The notes beneath the pieces were generated by a model. That model was not told the DNA's origin. It ran no database searches and saw nothing but the letters and a program-made list of their open reading frames with translations. DNA of 64,000 nt from Truepera sp. (GTDB lineage Bacteria; Deinococcota; Deinococci; Deinococcales; Trueperaceae), in assembly GCA_965218435.1 (NCBI GenBank), contig CBDCKW010000009.1:3520001-3584000 (forward strand), read 5' to 3'. Both the position numbers and the translations under genes were made by a program. The first letter of the stretch is position 1, and each line of letters begins with the position of its first letter. Positions 49,718 to 58,548 of the stretch are shown here, one piece after another.

Positions 49718-50365
49718 ATGAAACGATTCGCCTTAGGTCTTTTAGTGCTGGCTGTTCCGGCGGTGCTTGGCACTGCCACCTTGGCACAAAGTCAACCCAA
49801 ACTTCCGGTCAATTCAATCACCGACCTGCCCAAAGCAGCTCCCAAACGGGCCGACCTCGAGAAAGTCGGTCAGGTCTTACAGCAACAGCTCATCGAACTA
49901 CAAAACTTGGCCTTGCAAGCTAAACAAGCACATTGGAACGTCTCGGGGACGCTCTTTTACTCGCTTCATGAGCTCTTGCAAGAGCACTACGAAGGCTACT
50001 CGAAGTACGCCGACCAGGTTGCTGAACGGATGCTCAGCATCGGCGTCTCTTCGGACGCACGCGCCGCAACGATTGCGCAGACCGCCAACATGCCGGTGAT
50101 TCCAGCCGGGTTTATCGACGACGCTGAGGTGATCCGCTTTTTTATCGACGACCTCAAGCTGACCGCCGACCACACCCGCGGGTACATTGACCAGATTGAA
50201 AACTTAGACCCGACGAGTGCGAACTTGCTCCAAGAGGTCGAGTACATCTTGGCGCAGTACCAGTGGCAGTTCCGGGCGTTCGCGCAGCCGACCCCGACGG
50301 ACAACAACAACGGCAGCGAACTCAATCAGGACAACAACGCGCCGCTCTATCCGCAGGGGCAGTAA
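49718..50365 (+). CDS. dps: Dps-family ferritin-like protein with signal peptide (Dps2-like)
   Basis: KQAHWNVSG..F.SLHELL..HY....DQVAER, N-terminal MKRFALGLLVLAVPAVLGTATLA. Confidence 0.92.
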   Translation: MKRFALGLLVLAVPAVLGTATLAQSQPKLPVNSITDLPKAAPKRADLEKVGQVLQQQLIELQNLALQAKQAHWNVSGTLFYSLHELLQEHYEGYSKYADQVAERMLSIGVSSDARAATIAQTANMPVIPAGFIDDAEVIRFFIDDLKLTADHTRGYIDQIENLDPTSANLLQEVEYILAQYQWQFRAFAQPTPTDNNNGSELNQDNNAPLYPQGQ

Positions 50366-50406
50366 TACTAACAAGTGTCACGGTTGTCGTAACAATTGTT
50401 AAAAGT

Positions 50407-50437
50407 AAAGGGTAGCGCCAAGCTACCCTTTCCCTTT
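50407..50437 (+). terminator. Intrinsic terminator, possibly bidirectional
   Basis: AAAGGGTAGC-gccaa-GCTACCCTTT. Confidence 0.75.
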
Positions 50438-50733
50438 GTCAGCCGTCGTCAACTACTAACTTGTCTTTAAGAGGTTAGCTAGCTCGTCGCCTATATGCTC
50501 AGCCGCACGACCGGTTTTTTGGCTTTTACAACGACGCGTGGCTCGAGCCCGGCGGTATTCTCTCGTGGCTTGTCGAGGGACTTTTTTGATCGTAGCAGTT
50601 TGGGTGTTCCGGGAGCGTATACCCGCTCATAACGAACCACGTCAAGTCAAACGTTAAAGTTTTCCGTTACTCCGAAGTCACCTAACTCAAACCGAATTGG
50701 TGCTGGCTTGCTATACTCGTTTTGGAGGCTCCT

Positions 50734-51018
50734 GTGGCACACTGGTCAGAACGCGTTGAAACCGAAGCGAGACGTATTTTCAAGCTGCTCAGCAGTTTAA
50801 CTAAAAGTGCGTTCGAGTCGGGCCACCGTCGCCGCGTGGTGGGCCGCGACAAAGCCGGTAGAGTGCTCTTTAGCGTGTCGCTCAGCTACGTCGTCATCGG
50901 GGCGCTGCTCGTCTTTTTCCTTGCTAGACAGGTATTTTTACTGGCTTTACTCGCACTCGTGGTTGCCTACGCGCTTGGGTACCGCGCCGAGGTAGTGCGG
51001 TACCAAGGCCCACGCTGA
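50734..51018 (+). CDS. Small membrane protein (DUF4342-like)
   Basis: RRRVV..D..GRVLFSV then two hydrophobic segments. GGAGG before GTG 50734. Confidence 0.65.
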   Translation: MAHWSERVETEARRIFKLLSSLTKSAFESGHRRRVVGRDKAGRVLFSVSLSYVVIGALLVFFLARQVFLLALLALVVAYALGYRAEVVRYQGPR

Positions 51019-51178
51019 GCGTTTCAGCCGCACGAATTAGAGTGTGCGCCCAAGGTGCATATAACCTTTGTAAAATGTGGTGTTTTTAACATTGCTGCTT
51101 ACCCACGCGTTAGACCAAACGAGCTGTTACAATCTTAGAAATTATGCCTTTTCTCTCTGTGCTCTCCCGGACTAATCT

Positions 51179-51505
51179 ATGAGCGTTCCGCTCAGGCGTT
51201 CGGACCGCGCCGCGCCCGCTCAGCCGCCTAAACAGCGTCGTTGGGGGAGCCTTTTTTTTGCGGTACTCGCGGGCGTCGGAAGCCTTCACGCGCTGCTGAT
51301 GCTCGGTGTTGAAGGGGGACGCTACCTCTATACAGCGCGTGAAGTCACGCGTTTAGAGGCTGAGATCGGTGACCTCGAGGCGGAGACGCACACCCTACAG
51401 GCTGTGGTCAACCACAAAAATGACCTGGCGTTTCGCGAACAGCTCGCCCGCGAACAGGGTTTTATCGGTCCCGATGAAACGCGTATTTTAACTCGGACGC
51501 CTTAA
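51179..51505 (+). CDS. Septum formation initiator family protein (FtsB/DivIC-like)
   Basis: TM helix, coiled coil, EQLAREQGFIGPDE. Confidence 0.75.
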   Translation: MSVPLRRSDRAAPAQPPKQRRWGSLFFAVLAGVGSLHALLMLGVEGGRYLYTAREVTRLEAEIGDLEAETHTLQAVVNHKNDLAFREQLAREQGFIGPDETRILTRTP

Positions 51506-51635
51506 CCGAAGCTCAGCCTTAATCTCTCTACGACGACCCCAAACTCGGTATGCTTGAGGCTATGAAGCAGTTTTACAGGTTTTACGGAGCATATACCGGT
51601 TTAGAACGGCTCGAGGCTTACAAGCTGGTCGGCCT

Positions 51636-53231
51636 GTGAGCAACCCCGCAGACAGCAACAAGTCCAGACCTGACGACACGCTCGCCTGGATGAACGAACT
51701 GACCGCCGAGATGGAAGAGCGCCGTAAAACGGTCTACCGGGGCGGCGGCGAAGCGCGGCAGCAAAAACAGCGCGACGCGGGCAAATTGACGGCGCGAGAG
51801 CGTATCGCCGCCCTGTTAGATGAGGACAGCTTTGTCGAACTCGGCGTCTTTACCGAACACGCCGGGGTTGAAATGATGCGCGGTATAGACGCGCCGGGTG
51901 AAGGTGTCGTCACGGGCTACGGGACCGTCTCGGGCCGGACGGTTTTTGTGTTTAGCCAAGACTTTACCGTGCTGGGCGGGTCGCTGGGCAAGATGCACGC
52001 GCAAAAAATTGCTAAAGTGATGGACTTGGCGGTCAAAACGGGTGCGCCGATTGTCGGCTTAAATGATTCGGCGGGTGCGCGGATTCAAGAGGGCGTGGAT
52101 TCGCTTTCCGGTTACGGCGAGGTCTTTTACCGGAATGCGGTCTATTCGGGCGTGGTACCGCAACTTAGTGCCATCTTAGGGCCGTGCGCCGGGGGCGCAG
52201 TCTACAGCCCTGCGCTCACCGATTTTGTGCTGATGAGCCGGGGCAGCTCATACATGTTCATCACCGGCCCCGAGGTCATCAAATCGGTGACGAAAGAAAA
52301 CGTCACCTTTGAACAGCTCGGCGGCGCGGACGTCCATACCCGCAAATCGGGCGTGGCGCACTTTGAAGCGGACGGCGATGAAGCTGTGCTGGAAACCGTG
52401 CGCGAGCTGCTTTCGTACCTGCCGCAATCGGCGAAAGAGCAGCCGCCCACCAAACCGACCCAAGACTCCGACACACGAGAAACGCCCGAACTCTTAAACA
52501 TCGTTCACCCTGACCAGCGCCGCCCGTACCCGATGGTAGACGTGATTAAAGCGGTAGTAGATGATGGAGGGTGGCTCGAGGTTCAACCCGGGTTTGCCAA
52601 AAATATCTTGTGCGGCTTTGCGCGTCTGGGCGGTCAGTCGGTCGGCATCGTGGCTAACAACCCGCGCCACATGGCCGGAACCCTGAACATTGACGCGTCG
52701 GACAAAGCCGCAAGATTCATCCGCACCTGCGACTGCTACAACGTCCCCGTCGTAACGTTTGTAGATGTGACCGGCTTTTTGCCGGGTGTCGCGCAAGAGC
52801 ACGCCGGGATCATCCGGCACGGCGCAAAGATGCTCTACGCGTACGCTGAAGCGACGGTCCCGAAAATTACGCTGATCGTCCGTAAAAGCTACGGCGGCGC
52901 GTACCTTGCGATGAACTCGCGCGATATGGGCGCAGATGTGGTGTTGGCGTGGCCGACGGCGGCAGTGGCCGTGATGGGCGCGGAGGGTGCAGCGAACATC
53001 ATCTATCGCCGTGAAATTCAAGCGTCGCAAAACCCGGAGAGCACGCGGGCGGCCAAAATTGCTGAGTACAAAGAGCAGTTTGATAATCCGTACTGGGCGG
53101 CGGGGCGCGGCTATATTGACGATGTGATCGACCCCAAGGGGACGCGGCAACAGCTGATTCGGCACCTGCGGATGCTACGGGAGAAGGTTGAGGCGCGGCC
53201 GTTTAAGAAGCATGGGAATATGCCGCTGTGA
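51636..53231 (+). CDS. Acyl-CoA carboxylase beta subunit (PccB-like)
   Basis: GKLTARERI, QDFTVLGGSLG, DSAGARIQEG, GPCAGGAVYSPA, RKSYGGAY, KKHGNMPL. Confidence 0.95.
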   Translation: MSNPADSNKSRPDDTLAWMNELTAEMEERRKTVYRGGGEARQQKQRDAGKLTARERIAALLDEDSFVELGVFTEHAGVEMMRGIDAPGEGVVTGYGTVSGRTVFVFSQDFTVLGGSLGKMHAQKIAKVMDLAVKTGAPIVGLNDSAGARIQEGVDSLSGYGEVFYRNAVYSGVVPQLSAILGPCAGGAVYSPALTDFVLMSRGSSYMFITGPEVIKSVTKENVTFEQLGGADVHTRKSGVAHFEADGDEAVLETVRELLSYLPQSAKEQPPTKPTQDSDTRETPELLNIVHPDQRRPYPMVDVIKAVVDDGGWLEVQPGFAKNILCGFARLGGQSVGIVANNPRHMAGTLNIDASDKAARFIRTCDCYNVPVVTFVDVTGFLPGVAQEHAGIIRHGAKMLYAYAEATVPKITLIVRKSYGGAYLAMNSRDMGADVVLAWPTAAVAVMGAEGAANIIYRREIQASQNPESTRAAKIAEYKEQFDNPYWAAGRGYIDDVIDPKGTRQQLIRHLRMLREKVEARPFKKHGNMPL

Positions 53232-53806
53232 ATGATGACCGCTGGCTCGAGCGGTGGTTTCCTCTCCTCGATTCTAAAGACGAAATCTTAGAGTTGGGCT
53301 GTGGTTCAGGGCGGGATACCAAATATCTTGCCGACCAAGGGTTCACGGTTACGGCAACCGATGTAAGCGAAGAAGCACTCGAGGCGTGTGCGAGAGCGGT
53401 TTCTGAAGCAACATGCCTACAGGTGGATATCGAACAACCCTTACCTTTTGCTGACGAAAGTTATCCGCTCATCGTTGCGAGTTTATGTCTCCACTATTTT
53501 TCTTGGCAGCAGACGGTAGCGATAGTTAGTGAGATAAGGCGGTGCCTCGAGCAAAACGGACGCCTCTTTGCACGCTTCAACTCCACCAACGACGTACATT
53601 TTGGAGCTGTAGGATTTAGGGAAATTGAGCCTAACTTTTACTTCGTCAAAGGCAAAAGCAAACGCTTTTTTGACCGTGAGGCGTTGTGTGAGCTTTTCTC
53701 GAAAGGTTGGAAAATCGAAAGCCTCGAGGAGATGACCATTGCCAGGTATGACAAGCCCAAAGTGGTGTGGGAAGTTGTCGTGCACAGGCGAGCTAATCTG
53801 CCTTGA
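53228..53806 (+). CDS. Class I SAM-dependent methyltransferase
   Basis: LELGCGSGRD, ASLCLHYF. GTGA overlap. Confidence 0.88.
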   Translation: MNDDRWLERWFPLLDSKDEILELGCGSGRDTKYLADQGFTVTATDVSEEALEACARAVSEATCLQVDIEQPLPFADESYPLIVASLCLHYFSWQQTVAIVSEIRRCLEQNGRLFARFNSTNDVHFGAVGFREIEPNFYFVKGKSKRFFDREALCELFSKGWKIESLEEMTIARYDKPKVVWEVVVHRRANLP

Positions 53807-53838
53807 ACGGTACCGTTCCAGATTCAAAATCAACTGGT

Positions 53839-53853
53839 AAAAGCAGGCTCGAG
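53839..53853. repeat. 15-bp direct repeat AAAAGCAGGCTCGAG (second copy 55716-55730) flanking the SDR and DUF4062 genes
   Basis: Exact match. The right copy is one arm of the cysC terminator, the left copy has no partner arm. Confidence 0.8.
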
Positions 53854-53885
53854 ACTCACGTTCGGATGAGTCAGCTTAGGAGGTC

Positions 53886-54617
53886 ATGGTGGCGCAATCA
53901 CTAGGGGGCAAGGTCGTTCTAATCACGGGCGCGAGTTCGGGAATCGGTGCAGCGACAGCTCGAGCACTCGCCAAACTAGGCTGCAAGCTGGCTCTAGCAG
54001 CGAGGCGGGCGGATAGGTTAGAAACGCTTGCCTCGAGCCTCCCTACAGAAACCCTCTGCCTCAAGACGGACGTGACCAATGCCGAAGATATAACGAGAAT
54101 GGTCGAGCGGACGGTAGCGCACTTCGGACGTATTGACGTGCTCTTTGCCAATGCGGGCCTTTATATTCCTGGCGAGGCTGCCGAGGGGGACCCGGACGCC
54201 TGGGCGCAACTTATGGATGTGAACGTTAGCGGCGTACTGCGGAGCGTCCGCGCGGTACTCCCTCACATGATGGCGCAGAAGTCCGGCGATATTCTCGTCA
54301 CCAGCAGCATCTCGGGTTTTGTTGACATTCACTGGGAACCCGTCTACAGCGCCTCTAAACATGCCGTACAGAGCTTTGTTCACACGCTGCGCCGTCAGGT
54401 TGCGCCGCACAATATCCGCGTGGGCGCGGTGGCACCGGGGATGGTCGCCAACGAGCTCTGGGGGTTTGAAGACCAGGCTAAAATTGACGCGAAGGTCAAA
54501 GAACACGCCAGCCTAACTTCGGAAGATGTAGCGGAGGCAGTGGTGTTTATGCTCAGCCGCCCGCCGCACGTGACGATTCGTGACCTTGTGTTGGTGCCGC
54601 AGCAGCAGGACATATGA
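53886..54617 (+). CDS. SDR oxidoreductase, ribitol dehydrogenase-like
   Basis: TGASSGIG, ANAG, WEPVYSASKHAVQSFVHTLRRQ. AGGAGG RBS. Confidence 0.88.
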   Translation: MVAQSLGGKVVLITGASSGIGAATARALAKLGCKLALAARRADRLETLASSLPTETLCLKTDVTNAEDITRMVERTVAHFGRIDVLFANAGLYIPGEAAEGDPDAWAQLMDVNVSGVLRSVRAVLPHMMAQKSGDILVTSSISGFVDIHWEPVYSASKHAVQSFVHTLRRQVAPHNIRVGAVAPGMVANELWGFEDQAKIDAKVKEHASLTSEDVAEAVVFMLSRPPHVTIRDLVLVPQQQDI

Positions 54618-54623
54618 TGAACA

Positions 54624-55715
54624 ATGAAGGTGAGAAATATGCCTTTTAGCACTGATACCTACCGTATTCTTATTGCCTCGCCGTCTGATTTAGCAGAAGA
54701 GAGGCAAATAGCTACGGAGGCAATAAACGATTGGAACGCTCAGCACGCGGTTGCCGAGTCAATCATGCTATTGCCTATCAAATGGGAGACGCACGCTGTT
54801 CCACAGTCAGGAGCTAGACCACAAGACGCCATTAACTGTCAGTTAGTACAAGAATGTGACATTTTGATAGGCATGTTTTGGACAAAAATTGGTACAAACA
54901 CAGGTGTCAGTGAGTCGGGAACCGTAGAAGAAATTGACCAATTTGTAGAAGCGGGAAAGCCCACTCTACTTTACTTTTCTAGTCGCCCAATAAATCCGGA
55001 CAAAATAGATATGAAGCAGCATAGGAGGCTCAGAAAGTTTAGAGATGAAACCTACGCGAAAGCGTTAGTGGGCAGCTTTGACAGCCTGGAGAAACTAAAA
55101 AATACGTTAATCCGTGACCTGTTACGTCAAGTACGGGAATTGAAGGCAGAGAAACCGCGTAGCCAAGATGTTGAACTTGACCAAGCGTTTAAGCTCACTG
55201 AACTTATTAGAACACACCGACAGAATAACATCACACCTGAAGATTTTCAAAAGTATCGTGATAATGTTCTTGGGCTCAAGCGCCGCTCTGACTCCGTGAC
55301 ATCAGACCCCGTGCAACCAGGAGAAGTTGGCCCAAATGGTTACAGAGTTGGCTATACACAAGAGGGCGACAAGGTTGAGTGGATACCTGATGATGAAAAT
55401 CCTGGCGAAGAATGGCCGCTTGTGCTACGACGTAGTGACCGAGCAATTATGGACGCTCACAACGAGTTTTGGGATAAAGTGTGGTGGAATCGTCATCAGA
55501 ACTGGCTCTATCAATTAGAAGCTGGCGAAGATGTTCTTACAGAAGAGCAAAAGCCTATCTTAGAACGAGCTAGAAGTGCTGCCAAGCTTATCGAGCAAAA
55601 GTATGGTGAGGAGAACCTTGGCTGGGATGATTTCGAGTGGGGGCTTTTGAGTGGGAAGCTTTCGGCGCTTGCTTGGATAACTGGAGCTGAATGGGAAGAA
55701 TCATTAGACACATAA
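54624..55715 (+). CDS. DUF4062/TIR-like N-terminal domain fused to a Trp/acid-rich C-terminal domain (start may be ATG 54639)
   Basis: [13 protein letters not shown]...WET...[21 protein letters not shown]...SGTVEEI...LLYFS. Visibly AT-richer than neighbours. Confidence 0.75.
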   Translation: MKVRNMPFSTDTYRILIASPSDLAEERQIATEAINDWNAQHAVAESIMLLPIKWETHAVPQSGARPQDAINCQLVQECDILIGMFWTKIGTNTGVSESGTVEEIDQFVEAGKPTLLYFSSRPINPDKIDMKQHRRLRKFRDETYAKALVGSFDSLEKLKNTLIRDLLRQVRELKAEKPRSQDVELDQAFKLTELIRTHRQNNITPEDFQKYRDNVLGLKRRSDSVTSDPVQPGEVGPNGYRVGYTQEGDKVEWIPDDENPGEEWPLVLRRSDRAIMDAHNEFWDKVWWNRHQNWLYQLEAGEDVLTEEQKPILERARSAAKLIEQKYGEENLGWDDFEWGLLSGKLSALAWITGAEWEESLDT

Positions 55716-55745
55716 AAAAGCAGGCTCGAGTCTCCTCAAGCCTGC
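55714..55745 (-). terminator. Rho-independent terminator of the cys/polysaccharide transcript
   Basis: Minus strand GCAGGCTTGAG-gaga-CTCGAGCCTGC-TTTTTT. Confidence 0.8.
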
Positions 55746-55765
55746 CCAAAAATCTGCTGGAATCT

Positions 55766-56398
55766 CTACGCTTTAACTTTTAAGTACCCGCGTTCGGCCA
55801 ACTCTTCCATAATCTGCACGACACTCTCTTCAATGCTGTTCTGGTCGGTGCGGAGCGTAATTTCGGGTTGGTCGGGCGCTTCGTAAGGGTCGTCAATGCC
55901 GGTAAAGTGTTTGATTTCGCCCGCTCGAGCCTTTTTGTATAAGCCTTTGGGGTCGCGGTCTTCGCACACATCGAGCGGCGTATCCACAAACACTTCGATA
56001 AATTCGCCGTCGTCTACCAACTCGCGCACTTGCTCGCGGTCGCGGCGGTACGGCGAGATAAACGCGGTCAGCACGATGGTGCCGCCGTCAACGAAAAGTT
56101 TGGCGACCTCTCCGATACGGCGGATGTTCTCTTCGCGGTCATCGGCGCTAAAGCCCAGATTTTTGTTGAGGCCGTGCCGCACATTGTCGCCGTCGAGCAA
56201 GTAGGTGTGGTAGCCACGGGCGTAGAGGGCCTGCTCGAGCGCGTTCGCTACCGTGGATTTGCCCGCGCCTGAAAGCCCGGTAAACCACAAGATGCAGGGG
56301 CGCTGGTGCTTGAGCGATCCACGCTCTTCTTTCGAGAGCGTTTGGCTGTGCCAGACGATGTTCTCGGCTTTAATGCTGTCAGCTTTAACTTGCGACAT
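55766..56398 (-). CDS. cysC: Adenylyl-sulfate kinase
   Basis: [38 protein letters not shown]. Confidence 0.96.
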   Translation of the reverse strand: MSQVKADSIKAENIVWHSQTLSKEERGSLKHQRPCILWFTGLSGAGKSTVANALEQALYARGYHTYLLDGDNVRHGLNKNLGFSADDREENIRRIGEVAKLFVDGGTIVLTAFISPYRRDREQVRELVDDGEFIEVFVDTPLDVCEDRDPKGLYKKARAGEIKHFTGIDDPYEAPDQPEITLRTDQNSIEESVVQIMEELAERGYLKVKA

Positions 56399-56399
56399 C

Positions 56400-57575
56400 T
56401 TACACGGTCTCTTTCTCGGCGTTGCGGTACGACTGAATCAGCACCTCGGCAACTTCAGGGCGCGAAAACTCGGGGGGCGGCAGCTGACCTTGTGAGAGCA
56501 TCGCGCGGACCTTGGTGCCGGAGAGTTGGATGCGCTCTTCAGGCGTAGAGGAGGTCGTTTTCGGCGTCGCCATCTGCTCGGTGCGGAGGCAGTAAAAGGC
56601 GTGCTCGAACTTCATTGGGGTAATCAGCAGGTCACCGTCGTTTAGCTCGTCAAAGATGTCTTGTGCGTCGTAAGTCCCGTAGTAATCGCCGACACCCGCA
56701 TGGTCGCGCCCGACGATGAGGTGCGTACAACCGTAATTCTGGCGCGAAATCGCGTGCAAAATCGCTTCGCGGGGGCCGCCGTACCGCATCGCAGCGGGGT
56801 AGACGCCCAAAATCACCTTATCTTGGTTGTAGTAGCGTTCGATCAAGATGGTGTAGCACTGCATCCGCACCGACGCGGGGATGTCGTCGGATTTGGTCGT
56901 ACCGACGAGCGGGTTGATAAACAGGCCGTCAACGGTCTCGAGCGCGATCTTGGTGATGTATTCGTGTGCCCGGTGAATGGGGTTACGCGTCTGAAACGCA
57001 ACGATCGTACCCCAGCCTTTTTCTTGGAATTTGGCCCTGGTTTCTTTTGGGTAAAACTTGTCGTTGTCAAACTCGCCTTTGGGCAACTCACTAATGAGTG
57101 AAATCGGCCCACCCAAGTAGACGCTGCCCGCGCCCAGCATCGCCGCGACGCCGGGGTGCTTGCTGTCGCCCGTCCGGTAGACCTGCTGCGCTTCGTGGGT
57201 CTGGTCGGGGCGGTACACGTCGGTCACGGTCATGACCGCGAGGACGTTGCCGCCGGTCGTCAGGGCGATGTCTTGGCCGACCGGGTACTGTGCGGCAACG
57301 TCTTCTTTGACCTGCAAAGTGATTGGGATGCTCCAGACTGTCCCGTTAGAGAGGCGCATATCGTTGACGACGCTTTGATAATCTGCTTCACTGACGAAGC
57401 CTTCTAACGGGCTGTAGATGCCGTAAGCGAGGCACTCGAGGTCAGCCAAGTTGCGCTCGGACAATGTAAGTTTGGGCAGGTCTTGCGCACGTTTTACGGC
57501 GTCGTCACGGTCTTGACCGGTCAAGACGCGGTCAACGAGGGTGCCGCCGTGCGGGGCGATGAGGGGTTTAGACAT
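56400..57575 (-). CDS. sat: Sulfate adenylyltransferase (Sat type)
   Basis: [38 protein letters not shown]. Confidence 0.96.
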   Translation of the reverse strand: MSKPLIAPHGGTLVDRVLTGQDRDDAVKRAQDLPKLTLSERNLADLECLAYGIYSPLEGFVSEADYQSVVNDMRLSNGTVWSIPITLQVKEDVAAQYPVGQDIALTTGGNVLAVMTVTDVYRPDQTHEAQQVYRTGDSKHPGVAAMLGAGSVYLGGPISLISELPKGEFDNDKFYPKETRAKFQEKGWGTIVAFQTRNPIHRAHEYITKIALETVDGLFINPLVGTTKSDDIPASVRMQCYTILIERYYNQDKVILGVYPAAMRYGGPREAILHAISRQNYGCTHLIVGRDHAGVGDYYGTYDAQDIFDELNDGDLLITPMKFEHAFYCLRTEQMATPKTTSSTPEERIQLSGTKVRAMLSQGQLPPPEFSRPEVAEVLIQSYRNAEKETV

Positions 57576-57650
57576 AAGAACTCCTTATGAGATGACGGGT
57601 TATAAAAGCGAACAGCTTAGGGCAGGGTTGCCCAGTTAGCTATAGCCTAC

Positions 57651-58478
57651 CTAGTTAGTAGCGTTTAAGTCCACTTCAGAAGCTTTTGCAAAAAGCGCGT
57701 CGCTCTTGGTCACGATAAAGTGCGGGTTTAAGAGATTTTCTTTGTTGTAGCGGAGCGGCCCGCCGCCGGGTTCGCGGACGCTCGCCCCGGCTTGTTCGGC
57801 GACGCACTGCGCGGCGGCGGTGTCCCACTCCATCGTCGGGCCAAAACGCGGGTAGAGGTGGGCCTGACCGTCGGCGACCAGGCAGAGTTTTAAGGAGGAC
57901 CCGCTCGAGACCAGGTTCACTTTTGTAGTTTGCTCGAGTTCTTTGACCAAGGTTTCAGTCGCGGCCCCGGCGTGCGACCGGCTCGCTACTAAGTTGAGCG
58001 GGCCGCTGTTCGTGGTGTAGTCGTGCGCTTCGATGCGGGTGTCGGTATTTTCACCCTTAAACGCGCCCAGACCCGCCGCCGCCCAATAGGTCAGTTCTAG
58101 GGCCGGGGCGTAAACGACGCCGAAGACCGGCACACCGTCTTCAATGAGCGCGATGTTGACGGTAAACTCGCCGTTACGTTTGATAAACTCTTTGGTGCCG
58201 TCTAACGGGTCAACGAGCCAGAACTGCGTCCAGTCTTTGCGCTCGGCAAAGGGCAGATGCTTCGACTCTTCGGATAACACCGGGATGTCCGGGGTCAGTT
58301 TGTGCAGCTGCTCTAAAATCACCCGGTTTGAGGCGAGGTCGGCTTTGGTCAGGGGTGAATCGTCGGCTTTGGTTTCGACGCCGAAGTCTCCACTTTCGTA
58401 AACCTGCATAATGGCGTCTCCGGCAGCTTTAGCCGTGGCGATAAGCTCGGGCGCGAGCGCCTCTAGGTTGATAGACAT
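57651..58478 (-). CDS. cysQ: 3'(2'),5'-bisphosphate nucleotidase
   Basis: KADDSPLT.AD, LSEE, WLVDPLDGTKEF, SRSH, GSSLK, EWDTAA. Confidence 0.95.
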   Translation of the reverse strand: MSINLEALAPELIATAKAAGDAIMQVYESGDFGVETKADDSPLTKADLASNRVILEQLHKLTPDIPVLSEESKHLPFAERKDWTQFWLVDPLDGTKEFIKRNGEFTVNIALIEDGVPVFGVVYAPALELTYWAAAGLGAFKGENTDTRIEAHDYTTNSGPLNLVASRSHAGAATETLVKELEQTTKVNLVSSGSSLKLCLVADGQAHLYPRFGPTMEWDTAAAQCVAEQAGASVREPGGGPLRYNKENLLNPHFIVTKSDALFAKASEVDLNATN

Positions 58479-58548
58479 AAAAACTCCTCAGTGGGACTAT
58501 TGGCGGGGCTACTAAGAGAAGACCCCAAAACTTTTACATCATAACGTG

